A DNA stretch of 64,000 bases, from IMG/VR virus record IMGVR_UViG_3300047157_000197, positions 124,001 to 188,000 of that record. The stretch is one strand, 5' to 3'. This document shows, one piece after another, positions 29,113 to 39,404 of this stretch. The notes below the pieces were generated by a model. It was not told the origin of the DNA. It saw only the letters and a program-made list of their open reading frames with translations, and searched no databases. Both the position numbers and the translations under genes were made by a program. Each line of letters opens with the position of its first letter. The first letter of the stretch is position 1.

Positions 29113-31719
29113 ATGGCTGGAGAAAAAAGCAGATTACAATTATTAAAAGAGATTAAAGCTAAGGAACAGGAAATAGCTAAATTCGCTCTTGATAATGACC
29201 TGCGCTTTAAAAAAAATAAAGTAGAAGCACTTAAGTTAGAAGCGGATTCAATTGCATTAAAAAAAGAATCTGCAAAAATACTTGAAGATAATTTAAAAAC
29301 ATTTGCATCATCAGAAAAAAGTATAAGTCGTATAAGTAATAGTTACCGAGATTTTAAAAATCAACAAAAAGAAACAAATGATTTAGCCAAATCATTGGGA
29401 GACGATATAACTCCTCAACAAGCCAAAGGAATAGCTGAAGTACTCTCACTTTCACGAGATTTATCAGAACTTAATATTGAAGATACAATACAAATAGAAG
29501 CAGCAACAAACGAAATAGATAATAAAATAGCTAATCTTCAAAAAGTATTAAAACTAAACGATAAAGTACTTGACTCTCTTAAAAAACAAAATATAGCAAG
29601 TGGTAATATTGCTAAATCAACTAAAGAAGAAAAAGAGTCATTAAAAGCAAGTGATAAAGCATCCGAACAACTGAAAGAAAAGTTTCAAGGTATATCAGAA
29701 ACTTTAGAATCTGCAGCAAGACAAGTCTTTAACATTTTTGGTTTTCTAGGATTAGCTTTTGCAGCTGCAGGAAAATTTGCAGGAAAAATTGCAGAAACTA
29801 ATAGAGAAATAGGTAATGTTGGTGGAGGATTGGGTAATCTTTCCTATGAAGTTGGATTACTGAGTTTGTATTTTGATAATACAAATGAAGGCCTTAAAGC
29901 ATTTTCACAAGAGTTTGGAAATATACCATCAGAAAGAGTTCTTGAAGATACACTCTTAATATCAAAAAATATGGGAGTATCGGCAACCGATGCTGCTAGA
30001 TTACAACAAAACTTTGCTGGAGTAAATGGTGGTTCAAAGGATATTGCTAATAATATGCTTAAAACCACTCAAGAATTTGCTAATCAGAATAATCTTATAC
30101 CATCACAGTTGATGGCTGATTTAGCAGCAAATACTGAACAGTTTGCATTGTTTGGAAAAGATGGTGGAAAAAATATATTAGCTGCAGCAGGATATGCAGC
30201 AAAACTTGGTGTATCAATGTCCCAAATTGCAGGAATAACAGATAATCTGTTAGATTTTGAATCATCAATAACTAAAGAATTAGAACTTTCTGCTATGTTA
30301 GGTAAAAATATTAACCTAAGTAAAGCTAGAGAACTTGCGTATGCGGGTGATTTAAAGGGAGCAACTCAAGAAACATTAAGACAACTCGGTGGAATATCTG
30401 CATTCAATCAAATGGATTACTACCAAAAGAAACAAACTGCAGACTTGTTAGGAGTTACTGTTGAACAGTTTAAAAAAATGGCAACCAATCAAGGTCAAGC
30501 CAATGATATGACTTCAATAGGAGTTTCTCAATTCGATAGTATGGGTGAAATGATAGCTAATATTGGTAATAGTTATATACCTACAATATTAACAGGAATA
30601 GCTGGATTCCTTACTTTAATGGCATTAGCAAATAAAAAAACTGGCATATTAGGAAAAATGTTTGGTGGTATTGGTAATGCAGTAGGTGGAGCAAAAGATA
30701 AACTTCTTGCAATGGTATCGGGAGGAAAAGGACCAACTGGACCACTTACAAAAGGTGGTGGACCTGATATGAGATTTAAAACAAATAAACAAAGTTCAGG
30801 TGGATTAAAATCTCTAGCAGAGGGATTAAAAGCAATGGGTAATCCTAAAGTTCTCTTCGGAGCACTTAACCTAATACCAACCGCATTAGGTATGGTTGCA
30901 ATGATAGCAGCGATACCAGGTATGTTAGGAGTAGGATTAGTCGGTGGAATGGCAGGAACTGGTTTACTTTCATTAGCACCTGGTTTAAACGCTATGTCCA
31001 CCACATTTAGTGGTATTGGTGCTTTAGCCTTATTAGGACTTGCTGGAATAACAATGATTGCTGGTTCCGTAGGTTTAGGATTACTTGGACCAGCTGGAAT
31101 AGCAGCTGCAGCAGGTCTAGCAGCATTAACACCGGCATTAGAAGCACTAGGAGCAGCAATGGCTACTGGATTAGGTGCTCTTGGTTTAGCAGCTTTAATT
31201 GCAATGGGTGTTGGTATGGGTGCAAGTTTTGCATTAATCGGAGTTGGAGCAATGGCGATGGGTAAAGGAATACAATACGCAGCACAAGGATTCTCAACTT
31301 TATTACCTACAATATCCGCATTCATGGAGGGTATAAATTTAGAAAAAGTAGGAGAACTTTATCTATTTTCAATAGCTATTGCTGGATTAGCAGGTTCAAT
31401 GCTTTTATTAGGAGCATCACTAGCATTTTTAGGAGCTGCAGGTTTACCAGGATTAGCAATGTTAGCTGGAATTGCTGCATTATCTGTACCAATTATAAAA
31501 TTGGCATCTATGTTAGGAATCGGTGGTGAAAGTTCTGAGGAAACATCAGCAATAGAACAAGGTGGAGAATCATTAGAACAACAAATGTTAAATCAGTTAA
31601 AATTAATGACCTCTGCTCTTGAAAAAGGACATATAATAAAAATGAACGGTCAGACGGTTGGTAAAACAATTTTTAGTAATGAAGATAATAATCAAATGCA
31701 ATCTACTGCAATAAACTAG
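29113..31719 (+). CDS. Tape measure protein
   Basis: 868 aa; helical N-half and Ala/Gly/Leu-rich hydrophobic C-half; LLDFESSITKELE motif; follows the chaperone genes. Confidence 0.8.
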   Translation: MAGEKSRLQLLKEIKAKEQEIAKFALDNDLRFKKNKVEALKLEADSIALKKESAKILEDNLKTFASSEKSISRISNSYRDFKNQQKETNDLAKSLGDDITPQQAKGIAEVLSLSRDLSELNIEDTIQIEAATNEIDNKIANLQKVLKLNDKVLDSLKKQNIASGNIAKSTKEEKESLKASDKASEQLKEKFQGISETLESAARQVFNIFGFLGLAFAAAGKFAGKIAETNREIGNVGGGLGNLSYEVGLLSLYFDNTNEGLKAFSQEFGNIPSERVLEDTLLISKNMGVSATDAARLQQNFAGVNGGSKDIANNMLKTTQEFANQNNLIPSQLMADLAANTEQFALFGKDGGKNILAAAGYAAKLGVSMSQIAGITDNLLDFESSITKELELSAMLGKNINLSKARELAYAGDLKGATQETLRQLGGISAFNQMDYYQKKQTADLLGVTVEQFKKMATNQGQANDMTSIGVSQFDSMGEMIANIGNSYIPTILTGIAGFLTLMALANKKTGILGKMFGGIGNAVGGAKDKLLAMVSGGKGPTGPLTKGGGPDMRFKTNKQSSGGLKSLAEGLKAMGNPKVLFGALNLIPTALGMVAMIAAIPGMLGVGLVGGMAGTGLLSLAPGLNAMSTTFSGIGALALLGLAGITMIAGSVGLGLLGPAGIAAAAGLAALTPALEALGAAMATGLGALGLAALIAMGVGMGASFALIGVGAMAMGKGIQYAAQGFSTLLPTISAFMEGINLEKVGELYLFSIAIAGLAGSMLLLGASLAFLGAAGLPGLAMLAGIAALSVPIIKLASMLGIGGESSEETSAIEQGGESLEQQMLNQLKLMTSALEKGHIIKMNGQTVGKTIFSNEDNNQMQSTAIN

Positions 31720-31728
31720 GAGTAAATT

Positions 31729-33927
31729 ATGTCAAGAACAATAATGGAATTATTTCATAGTAGTGGTTTAAAGGAATCAGTTAAGGCTGATAAAGAAACT
31801 TTTGTAGAACAAGAAACAAGTGGTATTAGAATTAAATCATTAGTTGATGTAAATAATCCTTTAATATATGGTAATGAGGCAACTCGTATTGCTCTTCGTT
31901 CTACTCCTGATTTGGAGAAGATGAAACAAGGTACGGGTGGTACTGAAGGTGGCGGTGGATTAATCGGTGGTAAAATCACAGAAGCTCGTAATTTTGTAAA
32001 TGATAAATTAGGAATTCCAAAGGGATTAATTCCAAGTGAAGTTGTAAATAAAATAATTGATAGTAAACCAAATGTTAAGGGAGAGGGTTCTGTTAATAAT
32101 TCTCAAACTCCAATTACAAAAGATTTATATGGACCAAATGGTAAAGATGTTGGTAAGTTTTTAAAACAATCGGGTGGTGGTAACCCAACAACTATTGGTA
32201 AACAAGCATTAGGAAAGGGAATTGGTCTTTTAAAAGATAAAGCAAGAGAAGGGTTATTTGGTGGACCACAATCAATAGGTGAAGCTGCTGGTGATGATAA
32301 TGCAGAAAAAATTAAAGAATACTCAGATAAAAACCCATATACTAAAATAGTAAAAGATGTAAGAGATTATAAAAACGAGGGTGGGTATCAAGATTTTGAG
32401 GGTTATTATGATAAATCTCCAATTAAGTTTGCAAATGCAAGTGATAGTCAAATAGATTTAAGAGATGTATCTCCAGCATATGCAATTCCAAGAGGTACAA
32501 TAGGAAGATTTGGAAATACTGAATATGCATTTCAAGCAAAAGATAAAGAAGAGGCTAAAAAGATACGATATCAATATAGTTCTGAAGAACCATATGCTAA
32601 TGTTTATAAGAACGGTGAAAGGGGAGGTGTCGTAAAAGGAAGTATTGCAGAAGCAAATAGTTTAGAAAACTTATATGGTTTAACTAATTCTGATAATATC
32701 AATACCGTAAGTGTAGGAGATGACTTTGATTTGGATGAAACTGATTCATTCATAAAAACGGATGATAAAACATATGCTGATTTAATTCCATTGTGGTTCA
32801 GAAGAAAGGGTGGAACAAAACCTATTGTATTTAGAGCAATCATTTCAGGTATTACAGAAACCACTTCACCATCATGGTCTGGACAAAAATTTTTAGGAAA
32901 CCCTTATCAATTTTATTTATATGAGGGAATTGAAAGAAGTTTATCGTTCAATGTAAAAGTTGCTGCAGCATCTCCAGTTGAACTTGCTACTATTTGGGAA
33001 AGATTAAAAGTACTAACTTCATATACTTATCCAACAATTAAAAATGGATTATCAAACCCACCTATTATAGAATTTAGATTAGGTTCAATGTATAGTAATA
33101 GAACTTCATTTATTGATTCATTAAGTTATACAATACCAGATGAAGGAGTTTGGGAAACAGAGGGTTCTATTGGATATTTACCAAAATTTATTGATATAGC
33201 AATATCACTTAAATTTATTGAACAAGAGGGTGATGAACAACAACTTTATGATTTCAATTTAAGTAAAGCAGCAGTTAAAAAAATTAATGAACAAAGAGAA
33301 GCAACAAACTTTTCAACAAATGAACGAGTTAATTCTAATGGTACCGGAACAGCAAAACCAATAAAAATACCGAAATTAACAATAAGAAAACAATCCGTTG
33401 CTAAATTGGAACTTGGGAGTATGATAAAGACTCATGTACCAAGTATAAATCCTAATGTACCACCAACAATACCTCCTTCTTCAGATACAGCAACAGAAGA
33501 TATAAAAACTGAAGGTGCACAATCTTCGGTAGCAGATTCATTGAAAGGAAAAACACCAATACAAGCTAAAAAGGAATTAGAAAAGAAAGCAGGTATATCA
33601 TTAGCTCAAGCAGAATATATCACAAATAGGAAAGCACAATATATGGGTAAAGGAATAAAAGTTGAACAAATAAAATATAATCAATTACCTCCTATGGCCA
33701 AAGATGAAGCAACTACAAACCCTGGTAATATATTTGTAAAAACAGAAGGACCTCATACTGTATCTAAAATAAATACATATCAATTTCATGAAGTATCTCA
33801 ATGGGGAAGCCCTTGGGAGTTAATGCATGGAACTGGTGAAATAATAGAAAAAACTCCAAGACAAATTGAATTATCACGAGCAATGGATGAGGCTATAGGT
33901 GTGTCAAGAAAAAAGAAAAAAATATAA
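31729..33927 (+). CDS. Baseplate/tail-tube-initiator-like protein
   Basis: Follows the tape measure; core IVFRAIISGITET.SPSW...Y.YEGIERSLSFNVKV...PPIIEFRLGSMY resembles tube-fold baseplate proteins. Confidence 0.55.
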   Translation: MSRTIMELFHSSGLKESVKADKETFVEQETSGIRIKSLVDVNNPLIYGNEATRIALRSTPDLEKMKQGTGGTEGGGGLIGGKITEARNFVNDKLGIPKGLIPSEVVNKIIDSKPNVKGEGSVNNSQTPITKDLYGPNGKDVGKFLKQSGGGNPTTIGKQALGKGIGLLKDKAREGLFGGPQSIGEAAGDDNAEKIKEYSDKNPYTKIVKDVRDYKNEGGYQDFEGYYDKSPIKFANASDSQIDLRDVSPAYAIPRGTIGRFGNTEYAFQAKDKEEAKKIRYQYSSEEPYANVYKNGERGGVVKGSIAEANSLENLYGLTNSDNINTVSVGDDFDLDETDSFIKTDDKTYADLIPLWFRRKGGTKPIVFRAIISGITETTSPSWSGQKFLGNPYQFYLYEGIERSLSFNVKVAAASPVELATIWERLKVLTSYTYPTIKNGLSNPPIIEFRLGSMYSNRTSFIDSLSYTIPDEGVWETEGSIGYLPKFIDIAISLKFIEQEGDEQQLYDFNLSKAAVKKINEQREATNFSTNERVNSNGTGTAKPIKIPKLTIRKQSVAKLELGSMIKTHVPSINPNVPPTIPPSSDTATEDIKTEGAQSSVADSLKGKTPIQAKKELEKKAGISLAQAEYITNRKAQYMGKGIKVEQIKYNQLPPMAKDEATTNPGNIFVKTEGPHTVSKINTYQFHEVSQWGSPWELMHGTGEIIEKTPRQIELSRAMDEAIGVSRKKKKI

Positions 33928-33930
33928 AGT

Positions 33931-34221
33931 ATGTCAAGTAGATATCAAAATAATAGAAGTAAAAAACTCAAAAATGGTAAAACCGTATTTCGTTCAAAAC
34001 GTTATCCTAAGATACCAAAAAGAGATAGTGATATTTATGTCGTAACTCAAGGTGGTGATAGGTTAGATACCTTAGCTAATCAATTTTATAGTGATTCATC
34101 ATTATGGTGGATAATTGCAGCTTCAAATAATATCCACGATGCACCCTTTGCATTAAAAGAAGGAACGATAATAAGAATACCAATAGATAAAAATACAATT
34201 TTAAATAATTTTTACGAATAG
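33931..34221 (+). CDS. LysM-like baseplate wedge/tail-X protein
   Basis: VTQGGDRLDTLANQFYSDSSLWWIIAASNNI...GTIIRIP. Confidence 0.8.
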   Translation: MSSRYQNNRSKKLKNGKTVFRSKRYPKIPKRDSDIYVVTQGGDRLDTLANQFYSDSSLWWIIAASNNIHDAPFALKEGTIIRIPIDKNTILNNFYE

Positions 34222-34223
34222 TT

Positions 34224-37190
34224 ATGGGGTTTCCACAATTTGCAAACATAGATAGTCGTATTTATAAAACCATGGTTAACAGAGCCGGTAACAATAAAGG
34301 TATGTCTGAACTTCAACCTTGGATACGAGTAACCTCAACTTTACATGAATTTTTAACATTAGAATCTATTAAAAATATAGAATCTTTTTCAGAAAAATAT
34401 GGTGATACTCAAAAAAGTGGTAGAGTTGGTACAAATAAAAATGGTACATCAATATATGCAGGTAATGAAAGAGCATTTAGACCATCTCCTACAATTAGTG
34501 CACTAGATATATCACAAGGAAATGAAGGTTTAAGTAAAAAGGCATCTTTTACAATTACCGCATACACTAAAGGTCAAGCAGAACTTATTATTAATTACTT
34601 CATGGAACCAGGAGTACATTGTTTAATAGAATTTGGATTCAATCAAAATCAGAGTGTATCACAAAAATGTCAATTTGGTGGAAATGTTGAAACTAAAAGT
34701 GGAGGTTTATCATATAATGGATTACCAGGACAATCAACGTATGCAAGTAAAGATTCAAGTGATACTTCTGCCACTTGTGAAGTTATTAGATATAAAAATA
34801 TAGCATACGTTCAAGAAAAAAGAAAAAAATCGAATGGAAGTTATGATGCAATGCTAGCAATTATAACAGGTGGAAATACTAATTTTGGAGATAATGAATC
34901 TTACAACATTAATGTAGAATGTACATCCATTGGAGAACTTCCAGCATATTTACAACATCATAAAAATATACAAACAACTGATGTTGGTTCGCCTAATCAA
35001 TTTAGTAAAAGATACAACCCAGCAGAGTTTTCTGATTATGGTAAAGATGAGAAAGGGAGTACAGAAGAAATAGGAAAGTCATTATTTAAACAAATGTTTA
35101 ATGAATTACCTGCTCATAAGAGAATGAAAAAGGTAAAAGACCTTGATGCATTACCTTGGGCAATACATCCATCTAATTTTGTTAATATGGATAAGGAGAT
35201 TAGAACCACCTTAACAGAAGACGTTAAGAATGGAATGCTTGCATTAACGAGTAATGAAAAGCTTGAACAAACAGCAGAAGAAATCTCATCAAATGGTATT
35301 GCAGAAAAAGCCCAAGCTCAAAATAATAAAGAAGAAATCAAAGAAAGCCTTCAAGTAAGTGCCGATAATGTTAATACAAAAGCTGGAATAGGTGATAATG
35401 TTGTAGGTAAAATTCCAGGTGACCAACCTTTATTTTCAGATAGAAGATATATTAAAGTTGCACTTGCTTTTACAATTTTAGAAATGCAACCAAATACAAG
35501 TGATGAAATACCAATTATATGTCAAGATGGTACAACAGTATCACCCTTATTTATAAATTGGCAAGATACTATTTGTAAAGCACATAAGCATATATACTCT
35601 GTTGACCCAAACACTTTATATATTCCAAATAAAAATCATCCAAGATTTAGAATTGAAGGTGCGTTTATGGATCCAGTTGAGGAAATAAAAGATGGTAAAG
35701 AAACTATTACTGCATTTACAAATCCTATACCAAATTTACTTGTAGCAGATGATAAAGGTGTCGTTACATTTAATGATATTCCAGGTAATACTATTACAGA
35801 TATGCATCCAAATCCACATGGAGCAGAAAAGTATTCATATTTTCCAAGTGATATCCCATTAAAATGTGGTAGTCAAAGAGATAGTGATGTTAGTTATAAT
35901 GTTGTTGAAGCAAATGCTTTTGATTGGGGTTATTTAAGAAATCTTTATATAGATTTTGATTTTTTTATTCAAACAATACAACAAACTAGTTATTTATCAA
36001 AAGATATAATGTACACCCTTCTAAATGGGTTATCCAGTGGTGTAAATATGATGTGGGATTTTCAAATAGTTGAACAATGTTCAATTGATTATAATAAATC
36101 AAGAACTGAAAATGGAAATGAAAAAGATGATTTTTATAAATGGTATTCAAGTAATATAAGACAGTGCACTGAAGAGAGTGGTCCAACGCCAGGTCAAGAA
36201 GAACTTGCAGTAGTAGATTTAAACTTTTTTGGTAAACAAACTCAGCAACCATCATTGGGTATTGCTGGATTCCAATCTCGTGGATTAAAATCTCCATTTC
36301 TATCAGCAACTTTAAAATTTGATATTCCTTCTGCTATGAAAGGACAAATAGTTGCACAAAGAAGAAAAGGTGGAAATACTCATAATCCAAATTTAGAACA
36401 AAAAGATAAAAACTTTAAACAAAGTGATAATACAAAAGAATCTCTTTTTTCTCATTTAACAGATTCAGTAGGAGAAATGGTTTATCATTTTAACAACCAT
36501 GGAGCAGGTAAGATACGTCAACTAAAATTAGAGGCTAACGAAGAAGCTAGACAAGAACTAGATAGTGATAAGAAGTATCAAGAGGCAGTTGAGGCAGAAA
36601 AACCTTGGTATAAGAGAGCTGGAAAAGTAATTGGAGAAGCATATGACGGTGTAAAAACGAGTATTGGGTTTGATACTGAGAAACAAAGTGAGGTAAGAAA
36701 TGCAAACTATGAAATGGTTTTAGGTAATGCTAATGTTGTTCCATTTACACAAGATAGAAAAGCTGATTTAGACCTTATACAAGGATTCTTTGATGGGTAC
36801 ACTGGCAACAACACAACTCTTGATGTAGTTGCACGAGTTAGTGCATGGAAAGATACTCAAATTTTAAAAATTATTAGTGACTGGGATGCACAAGAATCTC
36901 ATAAAAGTAAACAACATTCTATTATTTTACCAATAGAATTTGAATTTGAAATACCTGGTATAAGTGGTTTTAAAATGGGAGATACTTTTACAATAATCGA
37001 TTTACCTAAAAAACAATATTGCGAACGATATTTTCAAGTTGTAGAAGTTAGTCATCAAATTGAACAAAGTATATGGAAAACTAAAATAAGAGGTCAAATG
37101 CGAAATGAAAAAAGTGGTTATAAACCTGATGTTTCTCCAAAAACATATGATGATGTAATATTAGCAAAGACAACCTCTGTAAAATCTTAA
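34224..37190 (+). CDS. Baseplate hub-like protein
   Basis: 988 aa after the LysM gene; C-terminal IPGISGFKMGDTF...FQVVEVSHQI...WKTKIRG as in hub proteins. Confidence 0.55.
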   Translation: MGFPQFANIDSRIYKTMVNRAGNNKGMSELQPWIRVTSTLHEFLTLESIKNIESFSEKYGDTQKSGRVGTNKNGTSIYAGNERAFRPSPTISALDISQGNEGLSKKASFTITAYTKGQAELIINYFMEPGVHCLIEFGFNQNQSVSQKCQFGGNVETKSGGLSYNGLPGQSTYASKDSSDTSATCEVIRYKNIAYVQEKRKKSNGSYDAMLAIITGGNTNFGDNESYNINVECTSIGELPAYLQHHKNIQTTDVGSPNQFSKRYNPAEFSDYGKDEKGSTEEIGKSLFKQMFNELPAHKRMKKVKDLDALPWAIHPSNFVNMDKEIRTTLTEDVKNGMLALTSNEKLEQTAEEISSNGIAEKAQAQNNKEEIKESLQVSADNVNTKAGIGDNVVGKIPGDQPLFSDRRYIKVALAFTILEMQPNTSDEIPIICQDGTTVSPLFINWQDTICKAHKHIYSVDPNTLYIPNKNHPRFRIEGAFMDPVEEIKDGKETITAFTNPIPNLLVADDKGVVTFNDIPGNTITDMHPNPHGAEKYSYFPSDIPLKCGSQRDSDVSYNVVEANAFDWGYLRNLYIDFDFFIQTIQQTSYLSKDIMYTLLNGLSSGVNMMWDFQIVEQCSIDYNKSRTENGNEKDDFYKWYSSNIRQCTEESGPTPGQEELAVVDLNFFGKQTQQPSLGIAGFQSRGLKSPFLSATLKFDIPSAMKGQIVAQRRKGGNTHNPNLEQKDKNFKQSDNTKESLFSHLTDSVGEMVYHFNNHGAGKIRQLKLEANEEARQELDSDKKYQEAVEAEKPWYKRAGKVIGEAYDGVKTSIGFDTEKQSEVRNANYEMVLGNANVVPFTQDRKADLDLIQGFFDGYTGNNTTLDVVARVSAWKDTQILKIISDWDAQESHKSKQHSIILPIEFEFEIPGISGFKMGDTFTIIDLPKKQYCERYFQVVEVSHQIEQSIWKTKIRGQMRNEKSGYKPDVSPKTYDDVILAKTTSVKS

Positions 37191-37196
37191 AAAAGA

Positions 37197-37583
37197 ATGA
37201 GTGTAAATAGATACAATAGAATAAAAACGATAGTAATTCGTTCTAATACTAAATTTAAAACACATATACCAAAACCTATAAGTAGTGATTATAATGTTGG
37301 GTATATAGTTCGTTATTTTATTCAAAAAGCTAACGATAAAGGTTCTCCGATATACGAAGTTAATCATCTTACTTTTAGAAAAATGCAGAGTAATGTAGAC
37401 TATCAAGCAATTAGATTACGATGGAGAATTTTCGGTTCAAAGACAGAAAAATATGATGTAGAGGGAAATCAGATAGATAAAGGAGTATCAGTATCAAATA
37501 GTATAGCAATCAAAAATAAATCTCATCTTATTCCTAATTTAAAATTATATTTACCAAATTTACTACAATTTTATAAAAGTTAA
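37197..37583 (+). CDS. Conserved phage hypothetical protein (baseplate region)
   Basis: 128-aa ORF; PKP...DY..GYIVRYFIQKAND...IYEV. Confidence 0.55.
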   Translation: MSVNRYNRIKTIVIRSNTKFKTHIPKPISSDYNVGYIVRYFIQKANDKGSPIYEVNHLTFRKMQSNVDYQAIRLRWRIFGSKTEKYDVEGNQIDKGVSVSNSIAIKNKSHLIPNLKLYLPNLLQFYKS

Positions 37584-37615
37584 TATATATACATATACAA
37601 ACTAAATTAGGTTAT

Positions 37616-38368
37616 ATGAGTTATTTATCAGCTGCAGAAAAACAACAATTACAATTCGATTGGAGATATAGAGGAGTATCTATTTTAAATTTACTAACAG
37701 AATCCGAAACTGATGCTATTTCAAGTGAGTTAGAAAGAATTCGAGTTAAACGGCAGGAAAACGATGTAAATGGAGAGTGGGGAGATTACGACCCTTATAT
37801 GTACCCACATAAAGAATCCAAAGTTCTTGATGGATTAATGAAACACCCTAAAATAATAGAAGCTTGTGAATTTTTAATGGATTCTAAAATATTAGGTGTT
37901 CAAACTTGGGCATACTTTAAACCACCTGGTCAATTAGGTAGAGATATGCACCAAAACATATTTTACACACAATGTAAAACTAATGAAATAATAAACGTTT
38001 CAGTTGCTCTTGATAATGCAGACCCTCAGAATGGTTCTGTTTGGTATTTAGAAGGTTCTCATCGTTTAGGTAAGTTACCTATTGCAATAGATGAAGAAAG
38101 AGTAGGTTCAAACCCCAAAAATTGGAGAAGTGAAAGAGGTAAAGCATGTGTATTACCAACTGACCATAATTTTCCACATATAGATGGGTATCTTAGAAAA
38201 GGACAAGTTGCTTTATTACATTCAAATGTAATACATGGTTCAGAAAAAAATACATCTGATAGATTCCGAAAAGCATTCTTAACTGGTTACATAAAAGAGG
38301 GAGCTAAGTTTGCAGCTGGTGCACAAATGAATAGAAAACCAATTGATGTTGGTTCTGCAAAACTTTAA
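37616..38368 (+). CDS. Phytanoyl-CoA dioxygenase (PhyH)-family 2OG-Fe(II) oxygenase with HQN variant motif
   Basis: FKPPG...HQN, VALDNADPQNGSVWYLEGSH, HSNVIHGS..N.SDRFR. Confidence 0.8.
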   Translation: MSYLSAAEKQQLQFDWRYRGVSILNLLTESETDAISSELERIRVKRQENDVNGEWGDYDPYMYPHKESKVLDGLMKHPKIIEACEFLMDSKILGVQTWAYFKPPGQLGRDMHQNIFYTQCKTNEIINVSVALDNADPQNGSVWYLEGSHRLGKLPIAIDEERVGSNPKNWRSERGKACVLPTDHNFPHIDGYLRKGQVALLHSNVIHGSEKNTSDRFRKAFLTGYIKEGAKFAAGAQMNRKPIDVGSAKL

Positions 38369-38440
38369 TGACCCTTATTTAGAATTAATATAAATTAAAA
38401 AATAATTGACTTTTTATTAGGTTTTCTCATACTTTTTTCG

Positions 38441-38467
38441 TATATTTACTATGTAAATAATTAATAA
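38441..38467 (+). promoter_or_regulatory. Conserved 27-bp early-type promoter element, copy 1
   Basis: TATATTTACTATGTAAATAATTAATAA, identical at 47448 and 48197. Confidence 0.7.
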
Positions 38468-38483
38468 CACTAAAAGATAAAAC

Positions 38484-39086
38484 ATGAGTAAATTAAAAAA
38501 GTTAAAATTTTCAATCAACAAAAACGAATTCACATTACCTCTTGACTCTTATAGAGAACAAACTTGGGGTGGTTCTCTTGAGAAGTATATCCATATGAGT
38601 GCAAAGAACTGTGCTTCTATAATCAAACAATTTGTTAAAAAGAATTATCCTGAACTAAAAGTATGGGCTGGTTCAGATACATATAGTGGTGGTTCTTCTA
38701 CCAGAGTAAGTGTTTGTAACAAAGATGGTTCGGAAGTAGATTATGAAACTTTCAAAGAAATATCTAAATGGAAACATATCTTACAAGGTGGTAACTTCAA
38801 TGGTATGGAAGACATCTACGAATATAGAGAAGATAAATTATGTACTGATAATGGTATGGAATTGAAATACTTCCCTTCTTATATCTTTATTGATAACAAA
38901 CCACAATGGGGTTCTGTTGAATATTGGTTAAATCAGTATCAAGAATACAAAGATAATATCAACAATCCTAATTACTCTAAACAAAGAGAAATTATGAATG
39001 AAAAATACAATGGTTCGTTCTTAGAAATGAATAAAACTTATATGACTAAAAAAGAATATGAAAGATGTTCTTTAGTATTATCTTAA
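38484..39086 (+). CDS. LPD29-like (large polyvalent protein-associated domain) early protein
   Basis: A.IIKQFVKKNYP...YSGGSS.RV...GGNFNGMEDIYEY pattern. Confidence 0.55.
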   Translation: MSKLKKLKFSINKNEFTLPLDSYREQTWGGSLEKYIHMSAKNCASIIKQFVKKNYPELKVWAGSDTYSGGSSTRVSVCNKDGSEVDYETFKEISKWKHILQGGNFNGMEDIYEYREDKLCTDNGMELKYFPSYIFIDNKPQWGSVEYWLNQYQEYKDNINNPNYSKQREIMNEKYNGSFLEMNKTYMTKKEYERCSLVLS

Positions 39087-39104
39087 AACTTAAAACTATA
39101 AATT

Positions 39105-39404
39105 ATGATGAATTGTACAGTAAAAGTAATGGCTCAGTATTTCGAAAATTATTCAGATACTAATACACCTTATTGGAAACCAAAAGGTGGACAGGAATTT
39201 CAAATTGTAATTGATTCAGATACTATATTGTATTCTGATGAGTTAAAGAGTCATCTTACAACCTTAGTAGCTGCTCAATCTAATGAACATCATAAGTATG
39301 AGTACATCGAACATGATGTTGAGTTTATTAAACCAATAGTATTGGAAAGTAAGGAGTTGGAGAGTTTAATTCAAACTGAATATGAAAAATGGAATCTGCC
39401 TTAA
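39105..39404 (+). CDS. Hypothetical protein
   Basis: 99-aa ORF; QYFENY...PYWKPKGGQEF, a motif seen in small phage proteins. Confidence 0.55.
   Translation: MMNCTVKVMAQYFENYSDTNTPYWKPKGGQEFQIVIDSDTILYSDELKSHLTTLVAAQSNEHHKYEYIEHDVEFIKPIVLESKELESLIQTEYEKWNLP

Noticed and set aside
30573-31325. 250-aa minus-strand ORF
   Set aside because: Antisense shadow of the Ala/Gly-rich tape-measure segment, with no promoter and no recognisable domain.
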